From assembly GCA_902605135.1 (NCBI GenBank), contig CACLBK010000001.1:38583-102582 (forward strand): a stretch of 64,000 nt of DNA, read 5' to 3'. A model generated the notes under the pieces. The model ran no database searches and was not told the origin of the DNA. It saw only the letters and a list, made by a program, of their open reading frames with translations. This DNA is from an uncultured Alphaproteobacteria bacterium. GTDB lineage: Bacteria; Pseudomonadota; Alphaproteobacteria; HIMB59; GCA-002718135. Shown here piece by piece: positions 43,498 to 51,385 of this stretch (the stretch's first letter is position 1; each line of letters starts with the position of its first letter). Position numbers and translations under genes: made by a program.

Positions 43498-44673
43498 ATG
43501 ATATTTTCACAAGATGAATTTAATTCAAGAATTGCAAAAGTAAAACAGTCTATGAATAAAAGAGGTGTTGATATTCTATTAACTACCGATCCCTCTAATA
43601 TGAATTATCTAACTGGTTATGATGGGTGGTCATTTTATGTTCCACAAGGAGTAATAATTTCTATAGATGAAGATCAGCCATTTTGGTTTGGAAGAAAGCA
43701 AGATTCGAATGGAGCTAGGATTACAACTTTTTTAAATGAAGAAAATATATTTGGTTATCCTGAGCAACTAATTCAATCACCACCATTACATCCATATGAT
43801 TATGTAGTTGAATTATTTAAAGACAAAAATTGGTCAAGTAAAAATATTGGCGTTGAAATGGATAGCTATTATTATACTGCAGAAAATCATAGGAGATTAA
43901 AAGATAATTTAACAAATGCTAAATTTATTAATGCGCATCTTCTAATTAATTGGGTTAGATATGTAAAATCTGAAAATGAAATAAAATTCATGAAAGATGC
44001 TGGCACACTTGTGAAAGGAGGAATGGAAACAGCATTTGATTCAATAAAAGAAGGTGTAAAACAAAGTACAGTTGCAGGAAAAATTCAAAATACTCTCATT
44101 GCTGGAAATGACACAACACAAATGGGAGGAGAATATTCAGGCTTAGGTATAATACTTGCAAGTGGGAGATCAGCATCAGCATCACACTTAACTCCTAGTG
44201 ATAAAAAATTTGAAAATAATGAAGGAACAATTATTGAATTAGGTGGCGTGAAACATCGTTATCACTGTGCTTTATCCAGAACTGTGTATATTGGTAAACC
44301 TGATCCAAAGATATCGGATACATTAAAAATAACAAATGAAGGTATTGAGAAAGCTTTAGAACAAACAAATCCAGGTAATAGTTGTCATAATGTTGCTGTT
44401 GCTTTTTGGTCAGTATTAGAAAAATATGGATTAGAAAAAGAGTCAAGAGCTGGTTACTCAATTGGTATTGGTTATCCTCCTGATTGGGGAGAACACACCC
44501 TTAGTATCCGGAAAAATGAAAAGACACTTTTAGAACCTAATGTTACCTATCATCTTATGTGTGGAATGTGGATGGATACATGGGGATTAGAACTAAGTGA
44601 ATCAGTTAGGGTAACAGAGTCAGGTTATGAATTACTTACTCAAGTCCCTAGAGATTTGCATATAATAAATTAA
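43498..44673 (+). CDS. M24-fold hydrolase of the ectoine hydrolase (DoeA/EutD) / creatinase type
   Basis: 391 aa with a creatinase-type N-domain. The GYSIGIGYPPDWGEHT and GMWMDTWGLELSE blocks match my memory of DoeA-like proteins. Confidence 0.72.
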   Translation: MIFSQDEFNSRIAKVKQSMNKRGVDILLTTDPSNMNYLTGYDGWSFYVPQGVIISIDEDQPFWFGRKQDSNGARITTFLNEENIFGYPEQLIQSPPLHPYDYVVELFKDKNWSSKNIGVEMDSYYYTAENHRRLKDNLTNAKFINAHLLINWVRYVKSENEIKFMKDAGTLVKGGMETAFDSIKEGVKQSTVAGKIQNTLIAGNDTTQMGGEYSGLGIILASGRSASASHLTPSDKKFENNEGTIIELGGVKHRYHCALSRTVYIGKPDPKISDTLKITNEGIEKALEQTNPGNSCHNVAVAFWSVLEKYGLEKESRAGYSIGIGYPPDWGEHTLSIRKNEKTLLEPNVTYHLMCGMWMDTWGLELSESVRVTESGYELLTQVPRDLHIIN

Positions 44674-45386
44674 TCATTTGCATCACCACCTCCAGCACCT
44701 TTGGCTCTAGATTCCTCTGATTCAGGTACAAAAGTTCTAAAAGCTATCTTAGATATTTGATCCCAAGATTTTTTATCAGGATTTATGCCTTCAGATAGCA
44801 AATTATTTATATTTGATGATGGAATATTAATATCTAACTTTTGATCATTTAAAATATTTTTTGTAAGTAAAAGATCAAAATTTCTTTGATAATTTGTAGA
44901 GATAATATCTCTATTAATACTAATATTTTTATTTGTTATTTGAGCATCAACTTTTTGATCTAACAAAAACTGTGAATTGATATTTTTTTTTGCATACTTA
45001 TAAAGCAAAGGTATTAGGAATATGGGATCATTGCAATTTTTTAAAGTTAATTTTAAATTTTCTTTTTTATCTACTTTTGATATTAAATAATCAATTAATC
45101 CTGGCCCTATCATTAATGAAGACTTATTATTACAATCAAACTCATCATTTATATTTGATGGATTTATGCTGGCATTAAAAGTGTTATCTAATTCTTTAAT
45201 TTTTAATGTTAATAATTTGATTCCGTCTAAACCAAGTATTTCAAGCCAAGTTGTAATAAATGCAGCATCTTCATCTGATCCATATGTGAACCCTAATCCT
45301 GAAAAAGCTCGCTGTGAATTAGTGTAAACTTCATAGTAAGAGTAACTCACAGATATTAATATGAATTCATTGTTGCAAAACCCCAT
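44670..45386 (-). CDS. Hypothetical protein, 238 aa, no recognised family
   Basis: Long intact ORF in stop-rich AT DNA, coupled to the upstream 554-aa gene. The start is uncertain: ATG 45386 gives a 31-nt overlap, and GTG 45350 lies 5 nt after the upstream stop. Confidence 0.55.
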   Translation of the reverse strand: MGFCNNEFILISVSYSYYEVYTNSQRAFSGLGFTYGSDEDAAFITTWLEILGLDGIKLLTLKIKELDNTFNASINPSNINDEFDCNNKSSLMIGPGLIDYLISKVDKKENLKLTLKNCNDPIFLIPLLYKYAKKNINSQFLLDQKVDAQITNKNISINRDIISTNYQRNFDLLLTKNILNDQKLDINIPSSNINNLLSEGINPDKKSWDQISKIAFRTFVPESEESRAKGAGGGDAND

Positions 45387-47020
45387 TCATCAACATTTTT
45401 ATTATTTAGATCTGATAAATAAGGAGCTCCAGAAAAAAAACTTACTCTTAACCATCTATCTGACTTAGGATCATATCGATTGGCACCAAAAAAAGATAAT
45501 TTAAATCTTAACATATCAATTGGTATTGTTTTTTTATCGAGAACATTATCTTGAACTTCCGAATAAGGATAATTTTTTAAAGATTGTATTCTTTTAACAA
45601 TTCCTCTGTATTGAGGATATGTTAATAAAAATTCACAAATTAATTGATTTTCATCTATATTTTTAATTTGCTTAAATAAATCATTAACCATTTTTGCAAT
45701 TCCTAAATTTTGCTCTAATTCACTTCCTTGTTCATTATATCTTTCACCTAATCTAGGTTCTAACTTTGCTGCTGAAACATACCAAAATAAATAATCGCTA
45801 TCTTTGTTATTAAAATCAATATTTTTTATCCAAGAATATTTATCATTGATTATTTTATTCAAATCTCCAATAGATTGATTTCCATCAATATCCATTATCT
45901 CCTCATCTGCCATATCTTCTGCTAATTCCTCTGATACTTGAGGATACAATTCAATTAGTTGCACTCTCGCAATTTCTTGAGTATCATTATTAAAATTCGA
46001 ATCACAATAATCTAAGATATCTAACCATTTAAATTTTTGAGAAAGATCTAAGTCATTAATATAAAAAATATATTTTTTTAAATCCTCAGTAGTTACTTTA
46101 TTTTTATTAATTTGGAATTGATCACTTGTGCTTACTTCTTCAAGATAATTTAAAGCTTTATTCAAAAGTTTTTTATACTTTTCAAAAACTATATTATCTA
46201 AATTAATTTGAGCAATTTCGTGTAATGTCTTTGTGTATTGAATCATCCATTTATTAATTAACTTTGGATGTTTAATAATAAAAGGTGCCATGCCTAAACC
46301 TGTCGAATTACCAATACCAAAATGTTGTTTAATTTTTCTATCTAATTTTACAGCCTTTTCTGGATTAATTTGCTTTGCAACATGCTCAACTAATTCTACA
46401 CTAAATTCTCTGATTAAATATACCGACAACATTTCTGCTCTAAAAGGTTGATTGAAAACAGTTGTATTTTTTGTATTAGTAAAATCTGATAAACCAAATT
46501 TACCGCTACCATAAACAGCAGTAGTTCTTAATAAATACCCAACTTTATTTATTTCATTTATATCTGGCTGATTACCTTTTGAAAGACAATCAACAACATA
46601 CTGAAACAATCTAACACTTTTATTTGCTCTGCTAAGAATCAACTCGTCTGGAGAGTTTCGTCCAGATTCTTGCAGAGGAATAGTTTTTTTTAATCTGTTT
46701 AGATCTTCGTTTGATAATTTACCTATATGTAACGTGTAGGCTGTATCCCATTTATCAGCAATAACTCTATCACTTCTATCTTTATCATCTAGAAACGCAG
46801 AGAAGCATACAAGTGAATAAGTATCTTTATTAATAATAATTTCATAAACAACTGTACCATAACCATCTTTATCTAAATCAAATTTCGATTTATATATTTC
46901 CCACTTGTCGTTAATTAATTTTCTTAACATACTTCTAGAAAAACTAAGGCGCGAGGGATAACGTGATCCCATTCTTGATAGTTTCATGAAGTTATCGTTA
47001 TCTCTTACTTTTTGTAACAT
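45356..47020 (-). CDS. Hypothetical protein, 554 aa, no recognised family
   Basis: 1.66-kb uninterrupted ORF. The product looks soluble, with no TM segment or signal peptide seen and no motif I can assign. Confidence 0.65.
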   Translation of the reverse strand: MLQKVRDNDNFMKLSRMGSRYPSRLSFSRSMLRKLINDKWEIYKSKFDLDKDGYGTVVYEIIINKDTYSLVCFSAFLDDKDRSDRVIADKWDTAYTLHIGKLSNEDLNRLKKTIPLQESGRNSPDELILSRANKSVRLFQYVVDCLSKGNQPDINEINKVGYLLRTTAVYGSGKFGLSDFTNTKNTTVFNQPFRAEMLSVYLIREFSVELVEHVAKQINPEKAVKLDRKIKQHFGIGNSTGLGMAPFIIKHPKLINKWMIQYTKTLHEIAQINLDNIVFEKYKKLLNKALNYLEEVSTSDQFQINKNKVTTEDLKKYIFYINDLDLSQKFKWLDILDYCDSNFNNDTQEIARVQLIELYPQVSEELAEDMADEEIMDIDGNQSIGDLNKIINDKYSWIKNIDFNNKDSDYLFWYVSAAKLEPRLGERYNEQGSELEQNLGIAKMVNDLFKQIKNIDENQLICEFLLTYPQYRGIVKRIQSLKNYPYSEVQDNVLDKKTIPIDMLRFKLSFFGANRYDPKSDRWLRVSFFSGAPYLSDLNNKNVDEWGFATMNSY

Positions 47021-47074
47021 TTATTAAATATTTATAGTTAATTTTGGTTTTTTCATTAATAGAAGTATTAATCT

Positions 47075-48061
47075 ATGTCAAAAATAAGTGAAGATATACT
47101 TTTAATTGATGGTCTCGAGTATTGTAATTGGAATAGGGAATTATTTGAAAATGCCCACCAAGCCGGATTGTCTGCAATCCATGTGACATTAGTCTATTGG
47201 GAAAATACTGAAGAGTCATTTGAAAAAATTAATTATTGGCACCGTCTTTTCAAAGAGCACCATGATATTATTGCTCATGCAAAATCTACAGATGATATTA
47301 TAAATGCTAAACAAAATAATAAAGTAGCGATTATTTTTGGTTTTCAAAATTCTGCCCCCATTGCGAATGATATATTTTTGATTGAAAAATTTTTTGAAGC
47401 AGGTGTGAGATTTATGCAACTCACCTATAATAATCAGACACCACTTGCCGGAGGATGTTTTGAGCCTAAAGATTCAGGTGTGTCACGATTTGGAAAAGCT
47501 GTTATTGAAGAAATGAATCGTCTTGGAATGATTGTAGACTTGAGTCATGCAGGTAAGCAAACTTGTCTTGATGCAATTGAAACTTCAAAAAAACCAGTGG
47601 CAATTTCTCATGCTAATCCAAGCTTCTTTCACAAATCGAAAAGAAATATTGATACTGATATTTTAAAAAAACTTGTTAAAAAAAATGGTTTTATTGGTTT
47701 AAGTTTATATCCTTACCATCTTAAAAATTTAGGTGATTGCACCATAGAAGATTTTTGTGAAATGATTAATGAGTTAGTAAACTTAATTGGTGAAGATAAT
47801 ATCGGAATAGGGTCAGATCTTTGTTTAAATTGGCCTGACAATGTTGTCATGTGGATGAGAAATGGTAAGTGGACAAAAGATATTGATTACGGTGAATCTA
47901 AAGATAAAAACCCTAAGTGGCCCAACTTACCAAGTTGGTATAAACAACCAAGTGATTTAAATAATTTATTTAATTTAATGTGTGAAAATAATATTCCGGA
48001 AAAAGTTTCCACAAAAATTATTGGTCAAAATTGGTTTAATTTTATGAAAAATCAATTTTAA
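47075..48061 (+). CDS. M19 (renal/membrane dipeptidase) family protein, atypical N-terminal metal motif
   Basis: 328 aa with VDLSHAG and ISHANP blocks like M19. It has LIDGLEYCNW where canonical members have IDGHNDLP. Confidence 0.78.
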   Translation: MSKISEDILLIDGLEYCNWNRELFENAHQAGLSAIHVTLVYWENTEESFEKINYWHRLFKEHHDIIAHAKSTDDIINAKQNNKVAIIFGFQNSAPIANDIFLIEKFFEAGVRFMQLTYNNQTPLAGGCFEPKDSGVSRFGKAVIEEMNRLGMIVDLSHAGKQTCLDAIETSKKPVAISHANPSFFHKSKRNIDTDILKKLVKKNGFIGLSLYPYHLKNLGDCTIEDFCEMINELVNLIGEDNIGIGSDLCLNWPDNVVMWMRNGKWTKDIDYGESKDKNPKWPNLPSWYKQPSDLNNLFNLMCENNIPEKVSTKIIGQNWFNFMKNQF

Positions 48062-48966
48062 TTTTTACTACTAATAAAAGAAGCAGACAATAAACTTATT
48101 ATTACAATAGAAGCCCCAATTATTTGATAGGTTGCTAAATTTTCCTTTAATAAAAAAACTGCGCCAAGAACACCCACCACAGGCTCTAAATATAAAAATA
48201 AAGCTGTATATGATTGACCAATTTTTGGGATAGCTATTAATTGTGACAACAGTGCCAAACTATAACAAATTGAAGGAATTAAAATTAAAAGATAAATGCC
48301 GATATCAAAATTAAAATTTAGAGAAAAAAATATTTTTAATATTACAAAAAAGAAAATAGTATTAAAAACATTTATAAATATATTTATTGGTATAGGAGAT
48401 ATCCCTCTTAATGACATTTTTTGATTTGTTACAATCATGCTTGTAGCTCCAAGAGAAGCTAGAAAAGCTAAAAAAATGCCTAATAAATTTATTACTTTAA
48501 AAGATGGACCTAAAACTAAAATAATCCCTAAAAATGTTAAAAAAAAAAGAATTTTTACAGCTAAATAAATTTTTTCTTTATCAACAATAATTGAATATAG
48601 AAGTACATATATTGGATAAAGACAAAAAATTAGGATAGTAAGGCTAACATCGATAAATACAACTGAAGTTAATAATCCTAGAGTTAAAAATATTGAACCA
48701 ACTGATATTGATAAAAAGTAATATATATTTTTTTTAAAATTACTAAGAAGATTTTTTTGAAAAGGTATAAAAGGTAATATTATAATTGAAGCAACTGCAT
48801 ATCGTAAAAATATAGCTAAACCTACTGATGCACCTGCATTATAAGCTATTTTAGTAGTAGGCCCAATTAAGCCAAATAAAATTCCGGCAACTAAAGCAAA
48901 AATAACACCAAATATGAACATTTTTAAAATTAACTTTTGACTATTTGGTTTCGTCCAGTTATTCAA
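48058..48966 (-). CDS. EamA/DMT-superfamily transporter
   Basis: About 10 TM segments in two EamA-like halves. The start is uncertain: TTG 48966 or ATG 48921. Confidence 0.8.
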   Translation of the reverse strand: MNNWTKPNSQKLILKMFIFGVIFALVAGILFGLIGPTTKIAYNAGASVGLAIFLRYAVASIIILPFIPFQKNLLSNFKKNIYYFLSISVGSIFLTLGLLTSVVFIDVSLTILIFCLYPIYVLLYSIIVDKEKIYLAVKILFFLTFLGIILVLGPSFKVINLLGIFLAFLASLGATSMIVTNQKMSLRGISPIPINIFINVFNTIFFFVILKIFFSLNFNFDIGIYLLILIPSICYSLALLSQLIAIPKIGQSYTALFLYLEPVVGVLGAVFLLKENLATYQIIGASIVIISLLSASFISSKN

Positions 48967-48987
48967 GCATCATTACAAATATTTAAT

Positions 48988-50076
48988 ATGAATAATCCAT
49001 CTCAAAGTTTCGTAAAATTTGAAAAGATTGATAAAAGTTACGATGGAGAAGTTCTTGTAGTTAAAAACTTAAATCTAGATATAGCGAAGGGTGAGTTTGT
49101 AACCATGTTGGGCCCTTCGGGATCTGGAAAAACAACAACTTTGATGATGTTAGCTGGATTTGAAACACCTACAAATGGTGAAATATTTTTAGATACTAAA
49201 CCAATAAGTAAAATACCTCCTTATGAACGAGAAATTGGAATGGTATTTCAAAACTATGCTCTATTTCCTCACATGACAGTTGAAGAAAATTTATCCTTTC
49301 CTTTGGAAGTGAGAAAAATACCAAAACCCGAGACAAAAGAAAAAGTACAGAGGGCACTTGATATGGTTGAGCTTGGTAATTTTGGTACCAGATTTCCCGC
49401 ACAATTATCTGGAGGTCAACAACAGAGAGTTGCTTTGGCTAGAGCTCTTGTCTTTGAACCACGTTTGGTATTAATGGATGAACCTCTCGGTGCTCTTGAT
49501 AAAAATTTACGTGAACAAATGCAATATGAAATAAAACATATTCACGACAGAATAGGAATTACAGTGGTATATGTTACACATGATCAAAGTGAAGCGCTAA
49601 CAATGTCAAACAGAATAGCTGTATTTAATGACGGAGTTGTTCAACAATTATCGACACCAGATATTTTATATGAAAAACCTGAGAATTCATTTGTTGCTAA
49701 ATTTATTGGAGAAAATAATACTCTTAACGGAGTGGTAAGAGATGTTAATGGAGATACATGTACAGTCGAACTTGATAATGGATTTGGAAAAGTAAAAGCA
49801 TTAAAAGTTAACGTAAATGATAAAGGTGATAAAACTCAACTTTCAATAAGACCAGAAAGAGTTACTATTGACAGTACAAATCCAGAATCAAATAATTTTG
49901 AAGGTAAGATACAAGAACTAATATATTTAGGTGATCATATTAGAGCAAGATTAAACGTTTGTGGAAATGATGAATTTATTGTGAAAGTTCCTAACGAAGG
50001 TAGTTTTAGTCATAAAGAGGGAGACTTATTAAATCTAAGCTGGAATCCTGATGATGTTAGGGCTCTCGACATTTAG
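48988..50076 (+). CDS. ABC transporter ATP-binding protein (PotA/polyamine-opine type)
   Basis: Track ORF 48937 is trimmed to the ATG at 48988. It has Walker A GPSGSGKTT, the signature LSGGQQQRVALARAL, Walker B LVLMDEPL and a C-terminal TOBE-like domain. Confidence 0.9.
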   Translation: MNNPSQSFVKFEKIDKSYDGEVLVVKNLNLDIAKGEFVTMLGPSGSGKTTTLMMLAGFETPTNGEIFLDTKPISKIPPYEREIGMVFQNYALFPHMTVEENLSFPLEVRKIPKPETKEKVQRALDMVELGNFGTRFPAQLSGGQQQRVALARALVFEPRLVLMDEPLGALDKNLREQMQYEIKHIHDRIGITVVYVTHDQSEALTMSNRIAVFNDGVVQQLSTPDILYEKPENSFVAKFIGENNTLNGVVRDVNGDTCTVELDNGFGKVKALKVNVNDKGDKTQLSIRPERVTIDSTNPESNNFEGKIQELIYLGDHIRARLNVCGNDEFIVKVPNEGSFSHKEGDLLNLSWNPDDVRALDI

Positions 50077-50207
50077 ATTTAAAAATATCCATATATTTAG
50101 CTCTTTTTTTTTTATTTTTAAGCCTTTTTTTTAATTAAGCTACATGTTATTACTAAGTCATTACGGACATAATCTTAAGATTAATTAATTAAAATAGGAG
50201 GATCTAT

Positions 50208-51311
50208 ATGTCTAAATTTACAAAAGCCTTCTTATTCGCATCTATCATTTTTGCGCCGTTTGCAGCTAATGCTGTAACTGTTGCTTCATGGGGTGGTGCT
50301 TATACAGAAAGTCAAAAAAAAGCATATGCTGATACATATTCTGACCCAGGTTCAATCGTTTTTGAAAACTATAACGGTGGTTTGGGTGAAACAAGAGCGC
50401 AAGTTGAAAGTGGAAACGTAACTTGGGACTTAGTTGATGTATTACCAGCTGATGCTATTACTGGTTGTGATGAAGGATTATTTGAAGATATTTCAAGTGA
50501 AATTGCATCAATGGGTGTACCAGGACCTGACGGAGAATCAATTGCTGAAGATATGGAAGCTAATGGTCTTAACTACCACTCTGGTTGGGATTGTTGTGTA
50601 CCACAAATTTTTTGGACTTACGTAGTATTCTATGACCCAGATGCTTTTCCAGGAGAAAAACCTGATAGTATGGCTGACTTCTTTGACGTGGAAAAATTCC
50701 CAGGAAAAAGAGGTATCCACACTTGGGCTGATGGAATTATTCAAAAAGCTCTAGTTGCAGATGGAGTTGCTCCAAATGCAGTACCTACAGTTTTTGCAAA
50801 TCAAACTGGTGCAATTGACAGAGCATTTGAAGTAATGGATAAAATTAAAGATCATGTTGTATTCTGGTCTGCAGGTTCACAACCTCTTGAGTTAGTTAAA
50901 AGTGGTGAAGTTGTAATGGCTGTTGCTTATAATGGTCGTGTTGGTGCAGCTAACCTTGCTGAAGGAGAAAACTTTGAATATATTTGGGAAGGACAAGTTC
51001 TAGACCAAGAATATTTATGTTTAACAACTGGAGCTCCTAATAGAGAAGCAGCTCTTGATTTTATGATGCATGCATCTAGCCCTGCTTCGCAAGCTGAACA
51101 GGCAAAATATATTACTTACGGACCAATGAGAGCTTCTGGTATTCCTATCATTGAAGCAAATGAGCCTTGGGGTCCTGGAGGAGTAGATATCATGCCTCAT
51201 ATGCCTAACACTCCTGAGCGTCTAAAAGTCTCTATCGTTAATGATCCACAGTGGTGGTCAGATAATGGTGCAGAAATTAGCGAGCGTTATTCAGCGTGGA
51301 TGGGTAACTAA
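50208..51311 (+). CDS. Periplasmic substrate-binding protein (PotD/PotF-like family)
   Basis: 367 aa with the signal peptide MSKFTKAFLFASIIFAPFAANA. A strong SD (AGGAGG) lies upstream. Confidence 0.85.
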   Translation: MSKFTKAFLFASIIFAPFAANAVTVASWGGAYTESQKKAYADTYSDPGSIVFENYNGGLGETRAQVESGNVTWDLVDVLPADAITGCDEGLFEDISSEIASMGVPGPDGESIAEDMEANGLNYHSGWDCCVPQIFWTYVVFYDPDAFPGEKPDSMADFFDVEKFPGKRGIHTWADGIIQKALVADGVAPNAVPTVFANQTGAIDRAFEVMDKIKDHVVFWSAGSQPLELVKSGEVVMAVAYNGRVGAANLAEGENFEYIWEGQVLDQEYLCLTTGAPNREAALDFMMHASSPASQAEQAKYITYGPMRASGIPIIEANEPWGPGGVDIMPHMPNTPERLKVSIVNDPQWWSDNGAEISERYSAWMGN

Positions 51312-51342
51312 GCTTGATAATTTAAATTTACTATTTTAATAT

Positions 51343-51374
51343 AAAGGCGAGAATTTCTCGCCTTTATTTATTTT
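51343..51374 (+). terminator. Intrinsic terminator between the binding-protein gene and the permease genes
   Basis: A 9-bp stem pairs AAAGGCGAG with CTCGCCTTT around a 5-nt loop, followed by ATTTATTTT. Confidence 0.7.
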
Positions 51375-51385
51375 AGGAGGATTGT

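Noticed and set aside
37188-44673. M24 paralogs considered as DddP-type DMSP lyases.
   Set aside because: DddP is a metalloenzyme that keeps the binuclear-site ligands. Both paralogs here appear to lack them by eye. Their context (sox, eut-like genes) points to amidine or guanidino hydrolysis instead.
50077-50207. T10 and T8 runs after the ABC ATPase gene, considered as an intrinsic terminator. This is the longest spacer in the window (131 bp).
   Set aside because: No stable G+C-containing hairpin precedes either T-run; there is only a weak AT-only stem. The region is more likely promoter or UP-element DNA for the binding-protein gene, but I could not define hexamers confidently.
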